Source: Alphaproteobacteria bacterium | Lineage (GTDB): Bacteria; Pseudomonadota; Alphaproteobacteria; RF32; CAG-239 | Direction of reading: 5' to 3' | Assembly: GCA_017960745.1 (NCBI GenBank) | Contig: JAGCYN010000021.1 | Span: forward strand, 1 to 47,622 | Length of the DNA: 47,622 bases | Part shown: positions 35,715-43,551 of the stretch, in pieces | Layout: each line of letters begins with the position of its first letter | How positions within the stretch are numbered: position 1 is the stretch's first letter | Notes under the pieces: model-generated | What the model was told of the DNA's origin: nothing | Database searches by the model: none | The model's input: only the letters and a program-made list of their open reading frames with translations | Program-made: the position numbers and the translations under genes

Positions 35715-36899
35715 ATGAACGAAACCGATTTAAGGGAAAAATATCAGGCTTTCTGCAATGAACGCATGACGGCGGCGGTCGCGGAATTTAACAAAGACCG
35801 CAAAAAATATCGCAATATTTCGATTATCGAATATGTGATGTTGGCGGGTTTTTCCCTCATGTTTCTGTCATTGGTTCTTTATTTTCTGATGCCACGTTTT
35901 TCCTTTTTGGAAAACACCATGATAATTGCGGTGATTTCCTCTTTTGCCCTTATTGGTATAACCTTCGGCATCATGCGTGCGTTTTACCCCGATATTACCG
36001 ACCTTTCGGGTATTGATCCCGAGGCTAAGATAAAATCTGCGCTGATGCCCGATTTTATGAAACTGTTCGGCAATTTTGAATGGAAGAAAAAAAGAGAAAC
36101 GCTGGTTTATGACTATAATAAATTACAACAAACCATGATTGTTCCGCAAAATATAACGGTTGTCGGTGATGATTGCATCAGCGGCCGCTATGAAGATGTC
36201 GGCATCAACATCACCGAGATGACCGTCGGTAAAATGGCTTTCTTTTTATATATTCTGCTGTTTTCCGTTGGCGGTTTGTTGCTGTATCTTTTCATCAGCC
36301 GCCTGATTTTGCCGATTGTGCTGATGGTTATCATGGCTTTGGGGGTTTTTATTCATGCTTATATTGCTTACGCTTTGCTCGGCATTACTGTTGTTTTTGC
36401 CTTGTATTGGCTGATAAAACTGATTTATAAAATTTTTGTTCATTTCCTGACTGTCGGCTATTTCCGCGGCGCCATGATTGAGCTGGATATGCCTAAAAAA
36501 TTTTCCGGCCATACATTTTTGTTTGAAAACGCTTTCAGCGCCGGCGCCATCAAACGAAAAAATAAAACCGGCTATGAGCGTGTGATTTTGGAAGACAGCG
36601 CATTCAACAAAATTTGGAGCATTTATTCCGATAATCAGCAGGAAGCCCGCTATGTTTTAACGCCGGCTTTTATGGAGCGCCTGAAAAACATTTCGCTTGC
36701 CTTTGAAGCAAAATATCTCAGAATGTCGTTCAAAAACAATAAAATGACACTGTTGGCCGCCTCGCCGAAAGATTTGTTTGCCATGGGCAACATTTTCAAA
36801 AATACCGATAAAAGCACTTTTGACACTCTGTTTAACGAAATGCTTTCGGTGTTACAGCTTGTTGATGATTTGAAATTACGAAAGGAATACCGGCTATGA
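35715..36899 (+). CDS. DUF3137-family membrane protein
   Basis: The C-terminal ILEDSAFNKIWSIYSDNQQEARYVLTPAFMERL matches the DUF3137 signature as I recall it. It has N-terminal and central TM helices. The start is set at the ATG after GGAGAGG; the ORF track extends it to 35559. Confidence 0.65.
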   Translation: MNETDLREKYQAFCNERMTAAVAEFNKDRKKYRNISIIEYVMLAGFSLMFLSLVLYFLMPRFSFLENTMIIAVISSFALIGITFGIMRAFYPDITDLSGIDPEAKIKSALMPDFMKLFGNFEWKKKRETLVYDYNKLQQTMIVPQNITVVGDDCISGRYEDVGINITEMTVGKMAFFLYILLFSVGGLLLYLFISRLILPIVLMVIMALGVFIHAYIAYALLGITVVFALYWLIKLIYKIFVHFLTVGYFRGAMIELDMPKKFSGHTFLFENAFSAGAIKRKNKTGYERVILEDSAFNKIWSIYSDNQQEARYVLTPAFMERLKNISLAFEAKYLRMSFKNNKMTLLAASPKDLFAMGNIFKNTDKSTFDTLFNEMLSVLQLVDDLKLRKEYRL

Positions 36900-38008
36900 C
36901 TTATTCCTTGAATAAATTAGATTTAATCTGGCTGATTGACAATACCGAAGTTGCCAACGTCTGCGCGTCCATTGACGAATGCAACAGGCAAGAGTTGGTG
37001 CTGAAAGTATATCGCGCCCACCATCGGGGCAAAGTTGAAGAGATTTTTGCAGATTTCAAAACCGCGGTGCGTGTCGATAAAGATAAAAACATTTGCATCA
37101 AAATTAAAAATTTCACACCGGGCGATTTTTACGATTCCATAGAAATGCTCGGCGGCAAAATGTTCTTAAATTCCAGCGACGGCAAAATCTATTATGTGCC
37201 GCTGGACAAGCACAAAAACCGCCGCCTGTTTAACCAAACGCCGTCCAGAATTTTGGCCAACCTGCCATCGCATAAAAAACTCGAAATTCTGAAATCTTTT
37301 TCGCAAGATTGCTTTTATGAACTGAAATATAAAACCAAACATGAGCTTGCTTTGGCCAAAAAAACCGACAAGCTGTTTGCGTTGCTGCAACTTAAAATTC
37401 CTAAAGAATTTATGGACGATGAAATGCGCAAAATCCGCCTGATTACGGCGGAAATCGCCCAAATTCAGGGCATCAAGAAAAAGCTGGAAAACTTTAATCG
37501 CGTGCCGCGAGCACAGCAAAAAAGTCTGCTGAAAACGGTTTGCGAGCTGACCGCAAAATATAACCGTATCGATACCCCGAATGTAAAATTTTTGAGCCAA
37601 AAGCAAATCGATAAAGACGAGGGTTTGGATAAGTGGGTAAGCACCGAAGCATTTACATACGGAAAAAATGTATGTATCAATATGGATTATCTGGATAAAA
37701 TTGACGGAGCGCAGGCACTATCCATGGCATGGCACGAAACAACCCATGTTGCTCAAGCAACCGGCGATTATTCTCAATATCCGCTGGTTGAGGAAATGTT
37801 TGGTCGAAATTTGGATTATTTGCAAAAAATGCCGGAAACCTACCTCTTTCATCCGCAGGAACAGGTTGTTTTTGCTCTTGAAAAGCAATTTATTGAAAAA
37901 TTGGTTGAAAACACCAAAATCCGCACCAATGACAAAACTTTTGAATTTATGACGGAATATAACGTCGCCGAGCAATACTTCCATCGCGCTATACAAAGAA
38001 AAATATAA
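36896..38008 (+). CDS. Hypothetical protein with an HExxH motif (possible metallopeptidase)
   Basis: 370-aa ORF overlapping the upstream stop by 4 nt (ATGA). HETTH at 37733-37747. No signal peptide and no family recognised. Confidence 0.55.
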   Translation: MTYSLNKLDLIWLIDNTEVANVCASIDECNRQELVLKVYRAHHRGKVEEIFADFKTAVRVDKDKNICIKIKNFTPGDFYDSIEMLGGKMFLNSSDGKIYYVPLDKHKNRRLFNQTPSRILANLPSHKKLEILKSFSQDCFYELKYKTKHELALAKKTDKLFALLQLKIPKEFMDDEMRKIRLITAEIAQIQGIKKKLENFNRVPRAQQKSLLKTVCELTAKYNRIDTPNVKFLSQKQIDKDEGLDKWVSTEAFTYGKNVCINMDYLDKIDGAQALSMAWHETTHVAQATGDYSQYPLVEEMFGRNLDYLQKMPETYLFHPQEQVVFALEKQFIEKLVENTKIRTNDKTFEFMTEYNVAEQYFHRAIQRKI

Positions 38009-38075
38009 TCTGTTTAAAAAAGTAAAAGTGCCCTCCCGGACACTCTCGCTTTTGTGTTTCTGTAACTTCTCGAAC

Positions 38076-39038
38076 TTAGCGACGACGCACTTTTTTACGA
38101 GCCGGTTTTTTGTAAGCAACCTTTTTGGGGTGGTTGAACGCATATTCTATAGAATCTTCCAGATTGCGGCCATAAGGACAAGTATTAATACTGTCGCAAA
38201 CTAAAGTATTATCCGCAAAATCATTCATCGGTATAGAATAAGCGGCACCAAGCGGCTGTTCTGCGAAATTTACAGAATTTTCCAGAGAAAACTCTCCGGT
38301 GTTATCCATGATGATTTCATTAAAAAAGATTTTTTCTTCCATATATCTTCTTTTAATGAGAACATCCAATTTCTTACCTTTTGCATACACTTTCTTGTCC
38401 ATCAGTGATATCAGTTCTTTTTTACAAAATTCCTGTGCCTCGCGTGCGTCAACTTTATAATTGGAAGAATTCTCTCCGACAACCATAACTTCAACGGAAT
38501 CTGTGCAATTTTTATAAATAAAGTAACTGTCAATCACGTCTGCCATATAAGTAGGTGTACCGTCCTTTTCATGAAGAATCCCGCTGCCGCAGTTGTAGAA
38601 AAGTGAACCGAGGGCTGCAATTTCTTGCGTGGTCATTTCTGCAAGCGGTAAATATTTCTGCATATCGGGATAAATGTAATTCTCAACATGCTGTTTGAAA
38701 TATCCCAGAAGTTCTTCTTTGTCGTGTATCCTGTCTGCAGAAGTTACCTTCTTTCCGTCAGGGCGAACAGTATTGCCAATGCCGATTGTATAGCATTTGC
38801 CGTAAGGATCCCAGTAGGAATAGACTTTAACGCCTTCAAAGTGTGCAATCAAACACAACATATCGTACTCAGCTTCCTGAAACTTTTTGAAAGCAAGAGA
38901 GTCCTCGTCAGGATTGATCTCGGTATTCAGAATGACTTTGTCGAATGTATCAACAAAAGCATCTGCATTCACCCAGGTTGCATACGCAAACATTGTAAAT
39001 GCAATCATAAATTTGATCGCTCTTGATAATTTATCCAT
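38076..39038 (-). CDS. Secreted GH24 (phage-type) lysozyme family protein with a C-terminal extension and cationic tail
   Basis: Signal peptide ...ATWVNADA. IAHFEGVKVYSYWDPYGKCYTIGIGNT and ALGSLFYNCG match GH24 lysozyme motifs. The C-terminus is KKVAYKKPARKKVRRR. Confidence 0.7.
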   Translation of the reverse strand: MDKLSRAIKFMIAFTMFAYATWVNADAFVDTFDKVILNTEINPDEDSLAFKKFQEAEYDMLCLIAHFEGVKVYSYWDPYGKCYTIGIGNTVRPDGKKVTSADRIHDKEELLGYFKQHVENYIYPDMQKYLPLAEMTTQEIAALGSLFYNCGSGILHEKDGTPTYMADVIDSYFIYKNCTDSVEVMVVGENSSNYKVDAREAQEFCKKELISLMDKKVYAKGKKLDVLIKRRYMEEKIFFNEIIMDNTGEFSLENSVNFAEQPLGAAYSIPMNDFADNTLVCDSINTCPYGRNLEDSIEYAFNHPKKVAYKKPARKKVRRR

Positions 39039-39120
39039 AATACATGAGATTTTGAAGATAATAATGAATTAAGGTAGTTTTAATATAACATTTTGATATT
39101 TTTTTGTCAATAGTTAAAAT

Positions 39121-39657
39121 TTAAATATTTCGATTTTTTTTCAATAAGATATATAATGCGCCGGAACCGCCCAAACGCTCGCTCGGATGCTTGTAAATTA
39201 AAATCATGGCGCGGATTCGCGGCAGATTAAGCCAACGCGGCACCGAATGTTTCAAAACACCGTGAACCGCAAAAATATCTTCTTCCTGCTGATGAATGTT
39301 GCCCTTACCGGTAACAATAATCACACACCGCTTGCCCTCGCCGTAGCTTTGCGAAATAAAGTTGTCAACTTTGACAAAAGCCTCATCCTCTTTCAAACCG
39401 TGCAAGTCCAAAACCGCTTCCACCCGAAATTCTTCGCGCTTAAAACGCCGCAACAGCGCCTTATCAATACCTCCAAACTCATTATCTTCCAGCGCCTTGG
39501 AATTGGTGGTAAATTCCTGCATTGTCGCATAATGATGTTTTTCACGGATGGTTAACGACGGAACCTTGAGCGAAACAACCGATACTTCATTTTGAAGCAT
39601 GGCGGTATCTTTAACGGAATCCAGCCAAAAATCCTTATCTTCTTTTGAAATGTTCAT
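39121..39657 (-). CDS. Smr-domain protein
   Basis: LDLHGLKEDEAFVKVDNFI...VIIVTGKG is a Smr domain. The ATG overlaps the mltA stop by 1 nt (TAATG). The ORF track form extends to 39756. Confidence 0.8.
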   Translation of the reverse strand: MNISKEDKDFWLDSVKDTAMLQNEVSVVSLKVPSLTIREKHHYATMQEFTTNSKALEDNEFGGIDKALLRRFKREEFRVEAVLDLHGLKEDEAFVKVDNFISQSYGEGKRCVIIVTGKGNIHQQEEDIFAVHGVLKHSVPRWLNLPRIRAMILIYKHPSERLGGSGALYILLKKNRNI

Positions 39658-40853
39658 TATTTCGCTGCCACGGAATTTTTCGGAACAATCACATAATAGC
39701 GGCCGCTTGAGTTCATTCTGCCGGCCTGCTGTAATGCTTCTTCCCCGTGTCCCCAAAAATAATCACCGCGCACCACGCCTTTAATGGCGCTGCCGATATC
39801 TTGCGCAAAAACAATTTTCTGCAACGGCTTGTGATCCGGATTGGTCGTATCAAGCCACAAAACCGTGCCTAACGGAATGTAACGGCTGTCCACCGCCATA
39901 CTGCGACCGGCCGTTAAAGAAACCCCCATTGCGCCCTGCGGTCCGTCCGCATCGCTGATTTTTTGAAAGATAAAACGGTCGTTTTCTTTCATCAGCTCAG
40001 CCGCTTTTTCGGGATTTTTTTGTAACCACTCGCGAATTTTAGGCATAGACGCCTGATTTTTATCTATCAGCTTTTTCTCAATTAAAATACTGCCGATTCC
40101 TCTGAACTGGCGCCCGTTGCTGTCAGCAAAACCGATTCTGAGCTCAGCACCGTCATCCATTTTGGCAATGGCCGAACCTTGGATTTGCATAATATGAATA
40201 TCGACCAAATCATCGCCCCACATCAAAACCGGCGCATTTACACCGTTATTTTCAATATCACGACGGTTATAATACGGAACAAACTTGCCGCCTTCCACCC
40301 GACCGACCAGACGCATATTCGGCAACGAACCGTCAAAATCGCGGATATTAGCCTCAATCAAATCTTTCGGGCGACCGTAAATCGGATATTTATATTTGCC
40401 GTGTTTTTCCAGCGAAGCATGAATAATCGCCTCATAATACGAGGTAAACTTGCCGGTATATTCGCCGTCGTCCGAAACCGCGTAAACCTCAAAATTGTTT
40501 TCGATAAAGCGACGCATCTCCGCCCCGTTGCGGATGTTTGCCGCATTAAACTTTTGACACACTTTCTGATATTTTGCGGTTTCGATGGCAATAGCCGAAT
40601 CATAAATATACTGATTTTTGTTTTTCAAAATGGCCGCACAATTTCTGGCAAAAGGACTTATAACTTCGGCAAAATCATCATGTTGCCAGCCTGTCAAATC
40701 GGCAAAAGCACCGGCCTGTAAACGCAACTTACCCTGCTCGGTATCCGGTTTTTCGCTGAAACAACCGTTTAAGCCGATAAAAACACAAAACAAAAACGCG
40801 TATTTAAGCACTTTTCTTGGTAGAAACCAAAATCCAATTGTTATTTTTTGCAT
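39657..40853 (-). CDS. mltA: Membrane-bound lytic murein transglycosylase A
   Basis: Lipoprotein signal ending LNGC, an MltA-specific domain and a C-terminal 3D domain (DTGSAIKG-like DIGSAIKGVVRGDYFWG). A GTG at 40811 is an alternative start that would shorten the 50-nt overlap with the upstream gene. Confidence 0.85.
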   Translation of the reverse strand: MQKITIGFWFLPRKVLKYAFLFCVFIGLNGCFSEKPDTEQGKLRLQAGAFADLTGWQHDDFAEVISPFARNCAAILKNKNQYIYDSAIAIETAKYQKVCQKFNAANIRNGAEMRRFIENNFEVYAVSDDGEYTGKFTSYYEAIIHASLEKHGKYKYPIYGRPKDLIEANIRDFDGSLPNMRLVGRVEGGKFVPYYNRRDIENNGVNAPVLMWGDDLVDIHIMQIQGSAIAKMDDGAELRIGFADSNGRQFRGIGSILIEKKLIDKNQASMPKIREWLQKNPEKAAELMKENDRFIFQKISDADGPQGAMGVSLTAGRSMAVDSRYIPLGTVLWLDTTNPDHKPLQKIVFAQDIGSAIKGVVRGDYFWGHGEEALQQAGRMNSSGRYYVIVPKNSVAAK

Positions 40854-41463
40854 TCAGTGATCTTTCAAAAGTCCAAACATCCGTGATTTTCTGCACAAAA
40901 TTTTCATCGCCTTCCAAAATTTCTCCCTGTGCATTTCTCAGTATGTTAACTTGTTCACTCACAAATTCAACCATGATTTTAATGCTGTTTTTCAACATTT
41001 TAACATTTTTGATTTCACTTTTATCAAAACAAATAAAGTCAACCTCGGAAGAAAGATTATTTTCCTGCCGATAAGCCAAAACACTCTTAAAGGCATCATA
41101 AACCTTTTTACTCAGTAACGACTTGATATTATCCATATTTCCGCTGCTGAAAGATTGCAGAACCAATTCAAAAACCCGACAGGCGCTCTTCAAAAAACTT
41201 TCTTTATTAAACGACGGGATAGTTGCCAATATTTTATCTTGTTCGGACAAGTTTTCCACATCCTCAATTTCCGGATTCTCTACGGAAATATCATTTTCGA
41301 TATTTTCGTCTGCCATCGCCTCCATAATGGTTTTTTCCACATCCTTATCCAGCGGTTTAATGATAATCCGCATATTCTTTTCAGTGCCGTGCGAACCAAA
41401 CACGCTATACAGACGAGTTATGATAAATGCTACCAAAAACATTAAAAAAATTATATCTAACAT
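40804..41463 (-). CDS. Tim44-like domain protein
   Basis: N-terminal TM helix and a C-terminal Tim44-like fold (FLKSACRVFELVLQSFSSGNMDNIKSLL...WTFERSL). Typical neighbour of secB in Alphaproteobacteria. Confidence 0.75.
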   Translation of the reverse strand: MLDIIFLMFLVAFIITRLYSVFGSHGTEKNMRIIIKPLDKDVEKTIMEAMADENIENDISVENPEIEDVENLSEQDKILATIPSFNKESFLKSACRVFELVLQSFSSGNMDNIKSLLSKKVYDAFKSVLAYRQENNLSSEVDFICFDKSEIKNVKMLKNSIKIMVEFVSEQVNILRNAQGEILEGDENFVQKITDVWTFERSLNAKNNNWILVSTKKSA

Positions 41464-41601
41464 CGAAACCTTTTCACTTCTTTAAACACATTCAACCGAC
41501 AATATAATGACAATTAAAATTTTTATCAACATAAATTATTTGACGATTTAATATTTTAGTATTATTCATTTATCAGACTCATATTTTTTTAGGAGATAAA
41601 A

Positions 41602-42126
41602 ATGGTTAAAAAGAAAAGCGAAACCAGCAAGCCTGCTGAAACAACAGAAACCAAACAAGCTGAAACAACAGCTCAAAATCAACAACCGGCTTTGGTGATT
41701 CACAGTCAATATGTTAAGGATTTGTCTTTGGAAATTCCTTTGGCGCCGGAAATTTTTGCTGAAGCAACTCAGGCTCCGAATGTACAGATTGATTTCAGCA
41801 TCAATACCAAAAAACTTCAGAATAACACCTTCAATGTTGCTTTAACAATTAAAGTTGACGCTGATGTTGCCAACAAAAAATTGTTCATTGTTGAACTGAC
41901 TTATGCAGCCATTGCAACCTTAAACGTTCCGCAAGAAGCTGTTGAACCGCTGTTGTTCATTGAATTGCCGCGCTTGCTGTTCCCGTTTGCACGCAGCATT
42001 ATTGCCAACAACTTAACTGAAGCCGGTTTACCGCCGTTGATGTTAACACCGATTGATTTTGTTGCTTTGTACAACAGCAAAAAAGCTCAAGTTGCTGCTG
42101 CAGCTGCCGCTAAAGCTGAAAAATAA
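41602..42126 (+). CDS. secB: Protein-export chaperone SecB
   Basis: IHSQYVKDLSLE..., LFIELPRLLFPFARSIIANNLTEAGLPPLMLTPIDF. It carries a low-complexity N-terminal extension. Confidence 0.9.
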   Translation: MVKKKSETSKPAETTETKQAETTAQNQQPALVIHSQYVKDLSLEIPLAPEIFAEATQAPNVQIDFSINTKKLQNNTFNVALTIKVDADVANKKLFIVELTYAAIATLNVPQEAVEPLLFIELPRLLFPFARSIIANNLTEAGLPPLMLTPIDFVALYNSKKAQVAAAAAAKAEK

Positions 42127-42129
42127 GAT

Positions 42130-42606
42130 ATGCGCTTAGCTTTATATCAACCGGATATTCCGCAAAATACAGGCACGCTCCTTCGTTTAGGAGCGTGTTT
42201 GGATTTGCCGATAGATATTATTGAGCCGTGCGGCTTTATGTTTAATGAAAAAGCAATGCGCCGCGCCGGCATGGATTATCTGGATTTTGTAAATTATCGC
42301 CGTCATAACTCTTGGAATGATTTTTTGCAGTATCGCCAAGAACATCCGGACGAATACGGACGTTTGATTTTGCTGACAACACACGGTCAACAATCTTTCA
42401 TTGATTTTAAGTTTGAACCAAATGATATCATTTTAATGGGACGCGAAAGTGCCGGTGTGCCGGAAAATGTTCATCAACTGGCTGATGCCCAGCTTTTAAT
42501 ACCGATGAACGAACACGCTCGCTCCATCAATATGGCTGTATCCGCGGCAATGGCCGTTACTGAGGGTTTAAGGCAAACAAACGGCTTTCCGACAATCAAA
42601 AAATAA
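42130..42606 (+). CDS. trmL: tRNA (cytidine/uridine-2'-O-)-methyltransferase TrmL (SpoU family)
   Basis: 158 aa. LYQPDIPQNTGTLLRLGA, MGRESAGVP, and SINMAVSAAMAV in the trefoil-knot region. Confidence 0.85.
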   Translation: MRLALYQPDIPQNTGTLLRLGACLDLPIDIIEPCGFMFNEKAMRRAGMDYLDFVNYRRHNSWNDFLQYRQEHPDEYGRLILLTTHGQQSFIDFKFEPNDIILMGRESAGVPENVHQLADAQLLIPMNEHARSINMAVSAAMAVTEGLRQTNGFPTIKK

Positions 42607-42775
42607 AAATTTTTTTACAAGATAACATCTGCTGTTTTTGGGAAACCTCGCAAAAGTCAACCCCTTAAATGCAAAAAAAATCAAAAAAATTTTGCTTTTA
42701 CCTCTGGATTTAGTCTTAAAAATGTGCTATATTCTGTTCTGTTTTCGTTGTTAATTTGTTTTTTTGGGAGCAAAT

Positions 42776-43294
42776 ATGAGTATTAAGAAATTACCGTCAA
42801 TTAGTTTTAATGCCGGAGAATACGTTGTGTACCCGACACATGGCGTCGGTAAAGTATCTGATGTTACGAAACAAACAATCGCCGGTTCGGAGCTCGAACT
42901 GCTGGTTGTTAATTTTGACAAAGATAAAATGACCCTTCGTATCCCGACTTCTAAAATTTCTAATGTCGGTTTAAGAAAAATTTCTGACGAAAAAACCATG
43001 AGTGAAGCTTTTGAAACTTTAAAAGGCAAAGCCAAAATCAAAAAGGTTATGTGGTCCCGCAGAGCACAGGAATATGAAAATAAAATCAATTCCGGCAACC
43101 CGGTTGCCATCGCCGAAGTTATCAGAGACTTATACCGTGATGAAAATATCGCTGAACAATCGTACAGCGAACGTCAGATTTACGAACAGGCTGTTGATCG
43201 TTTGGCCAACGAGGTGTCTGTTTACAGTAATTGCTCTATTGAAGAAGCAAATAAAAGACTGCTGGATATTTTATCCAAACAAAAAGCGGTCTGA
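42776..43294 (+). CDS. carD: CarD/CdnL-family transcriptional regulator
   Basis: FNAGEYVVYPTHGVGKV..., LRIP, WSRRAQEYENKINSGN. The start is set at the ATG after GGGAG; the ORF extends to 42764. Confidence 0.85.
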   Translation: MSIKKLPSISFNAGEYVVYPTHGVGKVSDVTKQTIAGSELELLVVNFDKDKMTLRIPTSKISNVGLRKISDEKTMSEAFETLKGKAKIKKVMWSRRAQEYENKINSGNPVAIAEVIRDLYRDENIAEQSYSERQIYEQAVDRLANEVSVYSNCSIEEANKRLLDILSKQKAV

Positions 43295-43322
43295 ATTATT
43301 TGTATAATTTTATAGACTCCTT

Positions 43323-43358
43323 AAAGCGGGTGAAAAAAGTGATTTCACCCGCTTTTTT
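43323..43358 (+). terminator. Rho-independent terminator after carD
   Basis: 13-bp stem AAAGCGGGTGAAA / TTTCACCCGCTTT followed by a T-run. Confidence 0.8.
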
Positions 43359-43429
43359 GTATCATTTTCTTTATCTTTTCGCTAAAAAAATTTTTTTACG
43401 ATTTTTTTACTTTTGAACAAACATTTTTC

Positions 43430-43458
43430 TTGAACAAAAAAGTTTTGTGATATACAGT
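43430..43458 (+). promoter_or_regulatory. Candidate sigma70-type promoter for ppdK
   Basis: TTGAAC at 43430, with the same hexamer also at 43413. Extended -10-like TGATATACA at 43448-43456. Spacing is non-ideal. Confidence 0.25.
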
Positions 43459-43551
43459 CGAGGCAAATTAAAATTTTTTTGATTTTAGTTTCAGTCCGTT
43501 ATGGATTTGAAACTTGGTTTTAACTAATAGCTAACAGGAGCTTATATAAAC

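Larger units (their letters stand above)
21865..39120. mobile_element. Putative decayed genomic island inserted at tRNA-Pro
   Basis: It starts at a tRNA with a duplicated 3' end and a recombinase remnant. It interrupts otherwise housekeeping synteny and has patchy, locally very AT-rich composition (about 22.6-28.9 kb). Its cargo is secreted or surface proteins. The right boundary is inferred only from where housekeeping genes resume; no second att copy was found there. Confidence 0.4.

Noticed and set aside
31827-39038. Intact prophage, suggested by the Bor and GH24 lysozyme homologs
   Set aside because: No capsid, tail, terminase, holin or repressor genes lie between or around them. At most they are isolated, domesticated phage-derived genes.
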